Origin: Marsupella aquatica
Lineage: Eukaryota; Plantae; Marchantiophyta
DNA: 64,000 nucleotides
NCBI GenBank assembly: GCA_973895155.1
Contig: OZ316898.1
Coordinates: forward strand, 808,751-872,750
Reading direction: 5' to 3'
Shown: positions 1 to 12,680 of the stretch, piece after piece
How positions within the stretch are numbered: position 1 is the stretch's first letter
Layout of the letters: every line of letters begins with the position of its first letter
Translations under genes and position numbers: made by a program
The notes under the pieces: model-generated
The model's database searches: none
What the model was told of the DNA's origin: nothing
Seen by the model: the letters and a program-made list of their open reading frames with translations, nothing else

Positions 1-1029
1 ATGTCACCCTCCTCCTTGGTTCTACTCAAATGGCAGCGTAAGGCAGCGAAGATCAACAGCATGCCGTCAACTGAGGAAGAATGATCTCCACGAGTTCTGA
101 AGGAATGGTTATCTTTCCAGGAAGGAAATCTGGCCTTAGATATGAAGAATATTGACTTTTGCCCACGTGCAGACGCAATCAATATGGCAATTCGGTCCAC
201 TTATGGTGTGTTTGAGGATTTGTAGGGCCCAGAGTTGCAGACCAGGTAAATTTGATTCTGGGTTGGGATACTTCTCAAGTATGGTCGTGCATTCCCTCAT
301 CATCAGTGTAAAAAGACACCCACTCGGGAATCGACATGTAATTTGCATCGTCATAACGTGTCAGAGAAAAGTTCTTCATTACGGGATAGTAGAAATTGGA
401 ACATCCTGTCTGGGTCATCGTGGCAACGGATTCACCGATTCAGAATGATTACAGGATGCCGTGGTGAAGACGAGACACATTGGAGAAGTTGTGATCCAAA
501 TCAAAGCAAAAAATGTATGCCACTATAGCACTACTGGGGTGGGGAGTGTCTAAAGTGTCCTTCCTCACTTCCTTTCCTCACTTTCTTTCAAGAGAAAAAA
601 CAATTAAACAAAGCAAACAACCTTGAATGTCTCGTCCACTCAGCGTCATCTCTCTCGTCAAGGGTCAAGCTGTGGGCCCGCTAGAAAGAGACGGGGGCCT
701 GCGAAGTCGCTGTCGCAGCTTGACCAATTTGCCGTTGGTATCGGAACGAGTGAACGACCCTTCGACGAGATCACTCACAGCAGGTACAGTCAAGTCTGGT
801 CCCTTACTGTCCCGACTACTACTGTAGATAGTATTAATCACGGGAGTTCGTTTCCTGTACAGCTTTTGGGCAACGAAAGAAAGAAAAAGTAACTCCAATG
901 CGGTTCCTAGTTATTAGTCTTAAACAAATGTGTTCGTGTTGAGCGTCAGTCAAATTCCTCTCCCAGACCTCCCCGGAGCTCTATCAGACAAACCTCAGGT
1001 AGGCTTTTACAGTTGTTTCTAATTGCTAT

Positions 1030-1530
1030 TATGGGGTCTTTATTTGGGAATCTTGGGCTCTTTGGTACTCTTGGGCTCTTGGCTCTCTTAGGGTTTTCCC
1101 TTGTGGTCTTCCCGTTATTGGGTCTCTTTGCCCGTGCAAAGGTGTCGTGATAGTGTCTCCCCGATGGACGCCTTTTGGTTTTTGGCAGTGTGTGTAATGA
1201 TATGTACTGGACAGGAAGAATGGAAAAGATAGTCCATGTAGCTCGTCCCGCGGTGGTCCTCTACATGAATGGAAAAGGGATGCCAACAGGCCTTCAGCGA
1301 CACATTTTCCACTATGGACGTTGTATAGACATTCTTTTGAGTGCCGAGGTGGTTTTTGGGTCCCCGGACTCCAATGACCCTCCTCTGTGTTCACTCCAAA
1401 GCTTTACCAGACATTTCAGATTACGGCTCAGATAGGGCTTCAGCAGTAATGGAGGACTCTTGGTCTTTTTGAAGGTTTTCCCCTGCTTACCCCCTTTAAC
1501 TGGTCTCTATCCTTTGGGATCCTATGGCAC
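1030..1530 (+). mobile_element. Possible decayed LINE 3' fragment
   Basis: Frameshifted AVVLY..WKR/GCQQAF resembles the C-terminal IWKxRCxxxF motif of plant L1 ORF2, with low-complexity GGCTCTT flanks. Confidence 0.3.
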
Positions 1531-4500
1531 AAACCCCCATCCCAAAGTAGGGTTAGGGTGGCTTTACAAGTTGGTCTCCAAGATCTGATCAGGGCCAGCC
1601 ATTAGGGAGAAGCTGCTGCTGCTTTTAGTCCTGAGACACTATATTTAGTGTGTGAATGGCCCTACAGTTTGCTTTGGTGGAAAAACCTCACAAGTTTTGG
1701 TGGAAAAACCTCACAAGTGCCCTCAACTGTTTGAAGCCCTTTGCACACAAAAACCATTACAATAGAAATTGGATTTTACATGCGCAACCCTCATCCCAAA
1801 GTGGGGTTCAATAAAACCCTGTGCACAGAAACACTACCCTTAAGCGTGATAGAGCAGATGGACGACAGAACTTTTCCCAAACCGGCCTATAAGGAGTATC
1901 TATGAGCGGGGCCTCTTATCACCTAAATGGACGAGAGGAGGATCTAAGAGGGGGACCTACCTGTACATGAAAATATTTTAAGGCAGAAATTCAATTGCAA
2001 TGCAAGGGGATATGACTAATGCCACCAGCAAGCACAGGCAGTCAGTCTGATGACGAAATCTTCAAATATAGACGCTGTATACTTTTCGGAGGAGTAGCGC
2101 CGTAGCGGGGTGTGTGTGTGGGAAAGGGTGCACGGACAAGCACAGTGGCAGAGTTGTACCTAAGAATGGCAGCGAGACTGTTGGGGGAACTAACCTGGAT
2201 TCCGTAGGAGAGGCGCAGGTTTGCAAAGGGACGGTCACTGCTAAAGTGCAACGACCAACGACGCAGCACTGTACCGCAGCCAGCGAAGAACGAGATCGAG
2301 AATAGACCTGGAAACGGACACGCAGAATCGGCCCACGTCTGCTCTCGATCCCTACAGCCGTGTGTCATCGAGGTTTGGGACTGTCAATGCCGAAAAGGAT
2401 ACTCAGCACGTGGACCGCGGCGATCGACCTTGGCCAACCTGTTCTGTTCGCTTTTGGGCGAGCCGCGAGAAAGAGGGTTGCAGACTCGCAGCTTTCTTTG
2501 CTTTCCTTTGTGGTGGGATCACTGTATTCGCTAATTACGGACCTAGTCACTTTGCCGCAACAGAAGCGACACGCCTAGAATGGAATTTGCTTTCCTGTAA
2601 TCCTTTTCCTCAGCAAAAGAGCGTTCCGGTGTTGGCTTGGAGGTCATAGCAATGTTTTTAGCAAATCACCACTTGTTTTAGCACTCTTGATCAACTTTTG
2701 CTATGTAGGTTAGTTGTTCGTTCACGAAGTGGTTGTTAAAATTGTGACGTTAGTCATTCCACTTTCGAATTCAAAAGGTATTGTCGGACTTCAGACCAAA
2801 CCTGGAGACGGATATATATAGTTTCAGGAATGATCGAAGTTGTCACAACTGGTTTAAACATGGGAAACCAAAGACCATATTGTGACAAAGGGTTAGTCTA
2901 TTTGACGTAGGACAATCCAAAACTGAATTTTGTTCAACAATAATGTAGTTATATAGTAAAAAGTTTTCCAACTCAATTCTGTCTTGTAAGTTTCCCCTTC
3001 AATTTGTTTTTTAAAAAGTACGTTGGTACGTTTCCAATAAAGAAGAATAGCCAGATACATTGAATTTACATGATAGAACTTTGCACAAGATGGTGACCGA
3101 TATGTAAAGGATGATGAATTTAGTTGACCTGTTATCATTCCCACCATTAATGCGTTGGAAGTTTACATCTGGCCAGAAATTCTTCGTGAGAGTTTCTTCT
3201 GTACGTTACTGTTTGCAAACTACGTACTCCAGCGTGTCGCCGTTGTCTTGTAGTGGCCCTGGTAGTCTGGTACACTTCCTCTCAATAAACCCACAGAAAA
3301 ACGAGTGCCGCCTAATCAGGTGTATCATCTTAATTCATGGAGCTATGAATGCTGTGAGGATGCCAGGGTACAGTCCGTTTTTTCATTGAAGAGCTTCCTG
3401 GAAGTGTTGTGGAAACCGGAAAGTAGGGATGGAGACAACTGTCCCAGCTGTCGTGGGACATCTGATTGAGGCTGATTTGCAGGAATGCCGATGGGAGCAA
3501 GCTGTACTCGATCACTGGGTCCAATACAGGAACCAACTAATGGTTAGAGCAAGCAACTAATGGTAAGTGCGGTGGAAGAAGTCATGTCAGACTCTCTCTT
3601 CGATGTTTCAATGTCAGGTCCTGTAGGCAAACGGATGCGAAGCAATGGAGCATCACGAAAGTAGACAGTCAATCCCACTGTGTCACTGTGAGCTACAGGC
3701 CTCACCCCTGTAAACTATGCCTCTTCATATAATTTTAAGTTGAGGATTTTCGAGGAAAAATAGAAAAAAACAAAGAAGACAGTCAACGTCTACGAAGGCC
3801 GATATGGTCAGACTACGGTGAAGTGGTCTTCATCTATGACTACCGTGTCTTCTGTGCCTCTGTGGTGCATGGACTTCCTTTTGAGCGCTTCGCGAGACTT
3901 ATCATTTGACTGTACGGTGAGCAGCAAAACGATGTGAAACTCCACATCAAGTCTAATCATCGCTTTGTGTCGCTTCAATCGATGTCCCTGGTGTCATAGT
4001 AGGAGTACAGTGAATGAGTTTTTCGAGAGAGAAATTTGCATTGGGAGACGTCTTGTCGAGACAACGATCGAGCGCACATACTGACGGCGCATCATTTTGT
4101 AAAATTTCCATCTGAAATGTTCTAGAAAAGGCAGACCATCACGTCCCATCATCATCAATCTGGGTCCATCTCCGTTTAAACAAAGCTTTCGACGTCAGTC
4201 GCTGTAAGAAAACCTGTACTGTAGTTCACAGTGCAAGTTTAATCACGGGGCTTGGTTCCTAAATACCGTATCCATCACTTCTTCCTGAAGTTATGACCGT
4301 TACGGTGGGACCATATTCTCGCAGCCTCGCACCCAAGACCAGACCAATTTTGCGTTTGCGCTTTGAACGTCTGGATTTGGACCGCGTCATGTTACGCAGT
4401 CCCGTAACTCATGACATTAATACAGACAGTGGGGTTACATAGCTGCAGACAGGTTAGCTCAGATGAGGCAGTTACGTAGGTGAGCAGATGACGACGAGTT

Positions 4501-7342
4501 CTCTCACTCTCAGCTCGTCACAGCGATATAACGAGAGGCGTCATATCGCTCGTATCAAATTAGCCAACTTTGCTGCTATAGGCTCGATCTAGTGACAACA
4601 CTTCAATGGGATTCAAATTATTTTGTAGATAAGACACATCAGAAGACACTGTAGTTATTGGTTGCAATTTAATACGCTAATCATCATGCTTTTCAATATT
4701 TCCACAGTCGGACCAGATCTGCAATGCTAAATATTTGATAGGTAGTGATTAATACAAGCGTTGTAAATTGCGTAGTACAGACTGAAATGGGTAGGGTACT
4801 AGTTGTTATTGCCCAAGACGAGCCATGTAAGTGAATGCCAAACGAACATTATTTTGGTGGCTGTCGGCTTGTAGATTCGTGTAATGAAACCAGGAAGCTC
4901 TCCGAACATTCTCGCAGCCATGTATTCCAATAACAAAAGCAAAGTTTTCCCTTCCCAGTACATCTTGCTGTATCTATTTTTGGTAGCTGGACCAAATGTC
5001 CGCCATTGAAGCCAACTCATTTCAAGGCTTCTTTTACAATCGTCATTCAGGGCCCGCAGTTTTTTTCGTGGTCTCGGATGTGGTACACGTATATTGGGGA
5101 AAAGCCGAGTCGACGAGGTTCCACAACAGAACTAATTATTTACGAACCACGTAAGGGTGGGCGAGGAGCTGCTGGACGCAATCTCTGCTGTTCACTTGTT
5201 ATAGTTTGCGCCTCATTGGAGAATTATTAAACTGTGGTTAGACTATGTATGTTGAGGCCAAGCCCTCCACGACATGTGGTTGAGAGTAAACAACAGATGG
5301 AAGAAGATGACGACATGTGACTGCCGTGGATCCAGCCATTTGTTCGATTGTGGGGAGAAGGTCAAAATCAGCAGTCTGCTCTCCATCCTTAAAGTTACTC
5401 TACTCAAATATATATGACCTGTTACGCAACTGCGAATTGGCCGGGACAAGGACGCCCAACTGGATTCCGGAAAGAGCTACCTAGCCAGTGGCCGATCCGT
5501 GCCAAGCAGCCCCTCTGGATAGGAAAGTCATGACAATTACAGTATTCTTTTTAATTTTCTTCCAGGGACCCACATTCAGTAAGAATACTGTGCGTGCATA
5601 TGAATAATTCCATTGGCCGGGATACAGATGGCAAGGAACTACATCGCATGGCCAAATGATGCGCATAGAGATATATAGGCTAATTCGACTTGTGTGCAAT
5701 GTAAGTATTGTAGAATGAGAGAGTGAAAAATGACGAGATTAAAGCTTGTGTCACGTAGTTATTACCCTCCTAGCCAACCATGAACCCTGACATGACTGGA
5801 TCCAACCGCTCTGAAATTGAAGGCCTTGCTTAATATACCGTACTGTATATATACATCCTTTAACATTGCCGGACGGTATGAAAGCAGCCGACGAGCATTG
5901 TCCCACTCTTGACAGCCCTTCCAGATTCATGACCAACAGCGCAGGTTACTCTATTTTTATCTATCTTCTCTCTGTCCATGAGAACTGAATTCGTAGGGGA
6001 GCCGAGAAAGTCGTTACCGATTAATGCCTTTTTGCTGCTACTGCTTGCTTGCAGCACTGACCATAGAAGTTGATGTACTCCTGGTCTTTCGGCCTCAAAA
6101 AGCCACGATTTCCGTTGACGTTGCACCTCACCGTGCCTGCCCTCTATTCAACGAGCAAGCGGTTACTTTAGTACAGCCTACTGGAAAGCTCAGGCGCTCG
6201 AGAACATCTGCATAATACAGGAAGGGCTGCGATACGGTCGGAGCAGTCAATGGTTGCCTTGCAGCAACCTTGTTTTCTTTGCACTCATGGATCCACATGC
6301 AAGCTATGTCTGGCAGATCGTGGCCACCCTCAATGTTTTGATGGGATTGAAAAGAGTGAGAGAAGCTAGTACACCAATGAGTCAGATATAGACGTCTCTG
6401 TACTCTCCCTTCAACTCTTTTCAATTCAAACAAAAGCTACGCCAATTCTTCGGCACAGGGGCCAGGCAACCTCTAACGCAAATTACACGTGACGATAAAT
6501 TTTTGAGAAATGGGACGTGACAATAAGGTACTGCCCACAGACCTCAGCGTAAGTGCAGCCTATTATTATTATTTTAGTATTATTATATCGAAGTGTGAAT
6601 CACGCGCATGCGAAAGGAACGAGTTAGCATTGAGCTGTTTCTCAGATTTGCGAAGAGGACAAACAGGTCTACTCATTCGTCTTATCGGCGTCCAATCCAT
6701 CTCCACTCTGCCTTTAGCTAGTTTTTTACTCGAACCTTCTGATTCTCCCCTTTCAGGCTCTACTGTGTACGTTTCGAATCATTCCATTTGCACTATTCGT
6801 TTGTTTATAATCTTTTGGTCCGCAAGTGTTAATTGCCGGCGATATATTCTTTAGGTCATCATTGTCGTGCGAGCTCTATCAACTCCTATTTGACAGTAGT
6901 CAAAGCCCACGTTTACCCGGATTTATTACTCTGGAATCCGACGACTGCATACTATACTCACGATCATCTTCTTGCAGCCCATCGACCACTTCTCTACGTT
7001 GTGTGCTCGCTCCAATATCCTCCCTTCTTCGTCGACTCATCCTCCACTACTCTTTACGCTGTAGTCTACCCCGAAATTTCGAGTAGTGTAGCTCCCGGGA
7101 ATACTAAAGTGAACGTTTCCATCAGACATAATTTCACCAGTTGAAGACAGGAGTTTGCTGAGTTTGCTCATTATGACTAAAAATACTCAGCCTGGCTAAC
7201 ATAAAGAGTAGCTCGACTAGCCTTGAACCCTAAGAGCTTTTCGAGCTTACAATCATGGTACAGGCGGCTCTTTAGTCCCCACCTGAGAATTCACAAGGGA
7301 AGGCAGCTCAGTTTACAGTTCAACTTTATAAATATTAACCTT

Positions 7343-7572
7343 AAACCAATCTATTAGTCCATAACTCCTTTATAAATAAAGTAAGTATTTAAAAGATAAC
7401 TCAATTTATTGTAAGCATTTGAAATGCCAGTTCAACCATGCTCCAAACCATGAGTACAAACCAATATATTAGTCCATAATTCCTTCATAAATAAAATAAG
7501 TATTTAAAAGACAATTCAGTTTATTGTAAGCATTTGAAATGCCAGCTGAACCATGCTCTAAACCATGAGTAG
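7343..7572. repeat. Tandem direct duplication, 2 x ~115 bp
   Basis: AAACCAAT(C/A)TATTAGTCCATAA...AAACCATGAGTA is repeated at 7343 and 7458. Confidence 0.9.
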
Positions 7573-7905
7573 AGTTATCTCAACACATCATGACTTCTAT
7601 GGGCAATCTTACAATGGAGCCCCAAACTATGAGTTAAGTTTTTTGAGATATCATGACATATGTCAACAATCCTAAAATTCAAAATTTGAAATCACTTTTT
7701 ATGTCATTTTGGTGATACAATATTACATATATATTTTAGATTTAATTCATTAATAATATTTATATAATATTACATATATATTTATATTTACATATTTTAG
7801 AGTAATATTTAATACAATACAATGTTATATATAAATATAAATTATTAAATTTTTTTTACAAATAAAACATAATTAAGACGAGAATAAAATTCTAAACAGA
7901 AAATA

Positions 7906-8089
7906 TCTATAATCTGATTGTATATTGAATAAACTCGTGCATTTAATTTGTTCAAGTTTTTTATCAAAATATTATTTATATTAATTTAAATTTAATATTA
8001 TTTATATATACATTTAAATATTATATTTTATAAAAAAACTTGAACTTATCAAATGCACGAGTCTATTTAATATACTATCAGATAATAGA
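7906..8089. repeat. AT-rich inverted repeat (~70-bp arms) inside an extremely AT-rich island (7680-8230)
   Basis: TCTATAATCTGATTGTATATTGAATAAACTCGTGCATTT...TTCAAGTTTTTT matches the reverse complement of 8016-8089 with scattered mismatches. Confidence 0.8.
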
Positions 8090-10146
8090 TAAATTCAAAA
8101 TAAAATATTAAATAATAAATAAATAATTTTTTAATTTAATTTTTTAAATTTTAAGTTAAAATATATTTAATATTTATAACACTAATTAAATATAGTCTAG
8201 TTAAATATAATCATTGAATTTAATTGACAAAAATGATCTACTTTACATAAGAAGGGAGCAAACTTAGTAAGCGAGTGAAACTTTGGAGTAAGGGGATTCA
8301 TACTGGCAAAACAAAACTCCATCAAGGAAAAATTCAGCAAATGATTCGGAAGAGCAAATTGTTTCCATTTTTTTTACAGGGATAGACAATGCAATTGAAC
8401 GCCATTTGAGGAGAAGAGAACTGTTAATCAGATGATGAGATCACATTCCCGATCACATTTTTGGCATTCCGACTCCCCCTCGAGAGTAAAATCATTCGAA
8501 CGAGTATTTTCTTTATGACCATGTCTAACTACATTGACTACTGTAATCGCCAGAAGTCGATCTGCTCCTTGGTCATACCTTCACTTCTGCAGCTCTAGAA
8601 ACTGTGCTACAGGAAGAAATCCCTCTACTATCAGACGACCGCCGATCTGTCTATAGACTCTTGCAGTCTACTGCGCGCTCGGATCCAAGCGAGACGATTC
8701 CTCGATAAATCCTAAGCCAGATTTCCATGCTAATGGTAGGGACCCAGTCAAGGCAAGATCTCGGCCTTAGAATTCAATTCTGTGAGCTCTGAGCCATCAA
8801 TCCTACTACAATATCAAACGCAGCGGTCAATGAACTGGTCTGGCATTCATCCATCTAACACAAACCCTCTACAGAAGTGGCCTCTGTAGCAGTGACCTAA
8901 CCACGCAGGGCCGGATCCATACCCAAAACCTGCTGACCTCCACGTAACAGCAACAGTAAAGTCTTGCATCCAGCCGTATGACTGGCCCGATGATCGGACG
9001 GCAAATAATCTCACCGTTAGTCCAATCTTCGGGCAACAACTGCAGAACATGAACAACCAAATGACAAGCACCGTGCAGCTATGTCGGGACGAAAGACCAA
9101 ATCCGCAGTCAATGCCAGGGGCAACCTTGTTAGCGCTGCTGCCTGACTATTCGAAGCTGCCGCAATGTCATACAGCTCTTCTTATCTAGGTTAGCTGTCA
9201 CGGAAGTGCATGAGAAATTACTGCGAAAATTCTTTCGAGACGAATGGAGAGTGACAAAGGATTCTCGAAAGCAAACGTGAATTATGAGCATCTCTGCTAT
9301 TGAAAGGACTGACTTCTTTGAGACTGACTTCTTTGAATGAAAACCCTAGGCAGCTAGGCACAAACACGCACATTGACGCGACACAAACTTCCGGAACGTT
9401 GGAAAAGCCCAATTAATAGGGTCTCTCCCATCTTTGTCCGCTTCATGAGACATCAAAAACCTAGCGGTTGCGAGGAACGAGTTCTGCACTACCACAGCGA
9501 CGAAACGTTGGGAATAAAAGCGTGGGGGAGAACAACGAGGTGCACCGTGTGCCACCAAGATAACAGTTTATCACACTTGCGCAAGTGGGAATGTGTCACA
9601 AGCTTGAAAAACAGTCTCGAAGACAGCTAATCTCTCGAAAACAGCATAATCTGCAGGACTGATCACAGGAGACAGTTTTCCAAACTTGTGACTCAATCCC
9701 AAATTCACATATCAGAATCACGGACATCTCCAAAATCTGGTCGCACTGGTTGTGCCAAGGAGATTACTAAGTAGTTTACAAACTCGCAAGCAACATCTTA
9801 ACGACGGAAGCAAGCTTTCGCAGCGACGTGGTTAATGACACTGGTCCGGTGCCGGACGGCCTTGAAGGAAATCTCCAGATCACAAGCTTTCTCAATCTGA
9901 GTAGCTTGCTTGGTGGCGACCTCGCGAGATGTGAAGAATTAAGCCTTGGGACAACTTCAGCCTCACGAGATTGAGAACATCCCAAAGTAACGATGACAAC
10001 CTTCGCAAACCTGCAGTGCCTACAGATCTCGTGCGCCAACACAGAGCTGCCTACACTTCGCCCCGGCGGCTGTTCCACCTCCTCCCTCTCTCGCAACCCT
10101 GCAAGACGCCACCCACCATATTCAACTTAAAGCTCAAGGAACGCCA

Positions 10147-10153
10147 ATATATA
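10147..10153 (-). promoter_or_regulatory. Possible TATA box of a second minus-strand transcript with a GA/GU-rich leader from ~10120
   Basis: CCTATATATT on the minus strand is followed by a GAGAGAGGGAGGAGG leader, a telo-box at ~9341 and minus-strand U-rich composition down to ~8800. Confidence 0.3.
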
Positions 10154-11799
10154 GGCTTTGTATGACTCGAATTCAGCACGCTCAAAGGAGTCTACCGATC
10201 GGCAAGCCTATTTCGTAGGTTCCACGAGTTTATTTCTCCGTATTCGATTACAGCAGGTTTCTTGGGTTAACAGATAAATTCAACTCTAAGTACAGTCCAG
10301 TAGAGGATTACAGTTGCACCAGTCTTTTCTTTCGTTACAACAAATCGAGACTCCTGCTCATCTTTTCCGAGTTATATAATTCTACACCTGAAAAGATGGT
10401 CGTCACTTGTTGGACATCAACACAACACCGCTGTTCAACATATTGATCCATCACCATTCTACGCTTGAATTCCGTACATACAGCTGTGTTGGTCACCCTA
10501 ACTATAAGGGTGGCATTGCTCTGGCTGGAGGTGGGAGTACTCTTGGATCTCACTATGGAGGCATTTTCATCACCTCCTAGGTCTTTAGCCATTGGACCCC
10601 AGATTTCAAAATTTAAAATTTGATTAAAAAGGCCTTCCTATAAGTCTCCAAATTGGATTTGAAATACCTAATTGTTCTTTTGAGAAAATTTTAAAGTCTT
10701 CGTTAAAATCAATAATTAAAATGACTTTATCCTTTGTAGCATGTGATGTGCCATTTTACAGAAGTGGATACTTGTCACTTAATTTTGTTGGTATGGACTC
10801 CTTTAGATGAACTCCATACCAAGTTTCATTTCTGGTTCAATAATGCAACACTGCACCACTCTTGAATGAAGGACCCAATGGAAGTTTGGACCACCTTTGG
10901 AAGGTCTAATATTCTAGACCAAATAAGCACTTCACATCATCATTAACTTGGGCCCACGTACTCTAAGTTGAGATGTAGGATTGGAGACACCATATCTGAA
11001 TAGGCCCTTCTAAACCCAAATGTAGTTGTTTCCACCCTTTGTACTGTCCAGATTTAATCTCAAAGAGAATAAAAAGAAACAATGGGCCACCATGTCTTTG
11101 GGCCCCCATGTCTTTGTGACCTCACTCTGAGAAACACCCCCCAAAGCAAGGGTGACATTCCTAAAGGCCTACTGAAATTCAGATTGACATTCATTTATGT
11201 AGCACCAAATTTTCATTTCATGTCAAGTTTGAATCTCTCCATAGAGGCTATAACGGCAGAATGCATTGGTGGCCCCCTTTATGGATTCTTTTGCACGGTA
11301 CAGGGCTATCAAAATGCAGAAGAACTCATATTAACATGATAGCATCTGTGTTGTTTTTCCACTTCCTAACACCTAAGAAAAAGTAAGTACCAATCACATA
11401 TTGAAATAATATATTAAGGGTGGACCAATCACGTGATGATGTACCCTGGTGATGACTTGCTACATTTTAACTTGTTACCCTTTCTTCCAAGTAGTATTCT
11501 CAGGGATTTACTTACAAGTATTACCAATTGTTTTTGTAAAACACGCCTTAGTTCTGGTTTCAGTTGGAAGTAACGACTGAGTGCATGTCCAACCTTCAAC
11601 CCAGCCTTCAACTGGGAATTAAAACAATACCCAATTTTCATGCTAAGGCACCAATCCTATGGAGGGATTGAGCCCAGACTCTTTCTTCAGGAGGGAAGGG
11701 CACAGGGGGTTCACTTCAGGCCAATATATCCAATCATTTCTCCTACGAGGATGTAATTATTCCGAGGAGTTATTGACAGCCATACCTCCTGGCGTCAAT

Positions 11800-12680
11800 C
11801 TTTGAATGGAGTTAACACAGTCAACCATTTTGTGTGGGCGTACCTACTCCCTATTCCCGTTGGTAGCCTTGGGATGAATTGCAGTCAGTGTAATCTATGC
11901 TAACAGAACACTACTGCCTGGGTACTCTCTGAGACCTTATGCTAACAGACCATAGTTGTTCATGATGTCATGAGGAACACTAACACTACTGCCTGGGTAC
12001 TCTCTGCCTGGGTACTCTCTGAGACCTTGGTACAGGTGAGTCTGCATGTGCCTGGTCCTCCACTCCAGACTGATTATGCACATTTAACCATTGTACATAC
12101 AAGATTGTTGGCGTAGCCACTGGCTGATGTTCTGTTAGCCAACTCTGTCCATCAAGACACCATTGCAACAGCGGCATCACAGGCAGGGGCAGCAATGACA
12201 AAGGCAGAAACAGCAAACAAAGAGAGATATGCAACATGGCTCATTAGATTGCTTCCTTTCCTGTGTTAGTGGACTCCATCATCCATTTGATGAGCAGCTT
12301 GGGAGTTTTACGAACGGGTTGGTATGTTCCACACAATCACCACCGTCCATGTAATTGACAATGCACATCAGTCAACAGCAGATTTTGGTTAAATTACAAT
12401 GTGCTCAAGCTTGAACAAGCCATCATAGGTATCAAGCAGTAGGGACTATTGCATCTCGGCAAAGACTAGAACTGCAAATGGACCATGCACTGACCTACTA
12501 CCGTGTTACTACACTAGATGGGGACCATTATATCACTATTGAGAGTGATAGATCTTTATTTATCATAATTTATTCTTTCCAGGTTTTTGGGTTTTGCGTT
12601 TTGCCCTCGTTTGTTGAATTTTGTGTTTGTCATGTATGTAGCTCTTTTTGTTTGACTCGTTTAAGCAAATTGTTACTGTT
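11800..12680 (+). mobile_element. Degenerate 3' part of a restriction-like-endonuclease (RLE; R2/CRE-type) non-LTR retrotransposon
   Basis: Fragments VVHDVMRN, PLADVLLANSVHQDTIATAASQAGAAMTKAETANKERY and a LQCAQA-like motif resemble the RLE C-terminus. A T-rich tail follows, and there are internal duplications of ACACTACTGCCTGGGTACTCTCTG. Confidence 0.5.

Noticed and set aside
53-178. F-box-like peptide IPSELVEIILPQL on the minus strand
   Set aside because: Bounded by stops within ~40 codons and lacking the rest of the motif.
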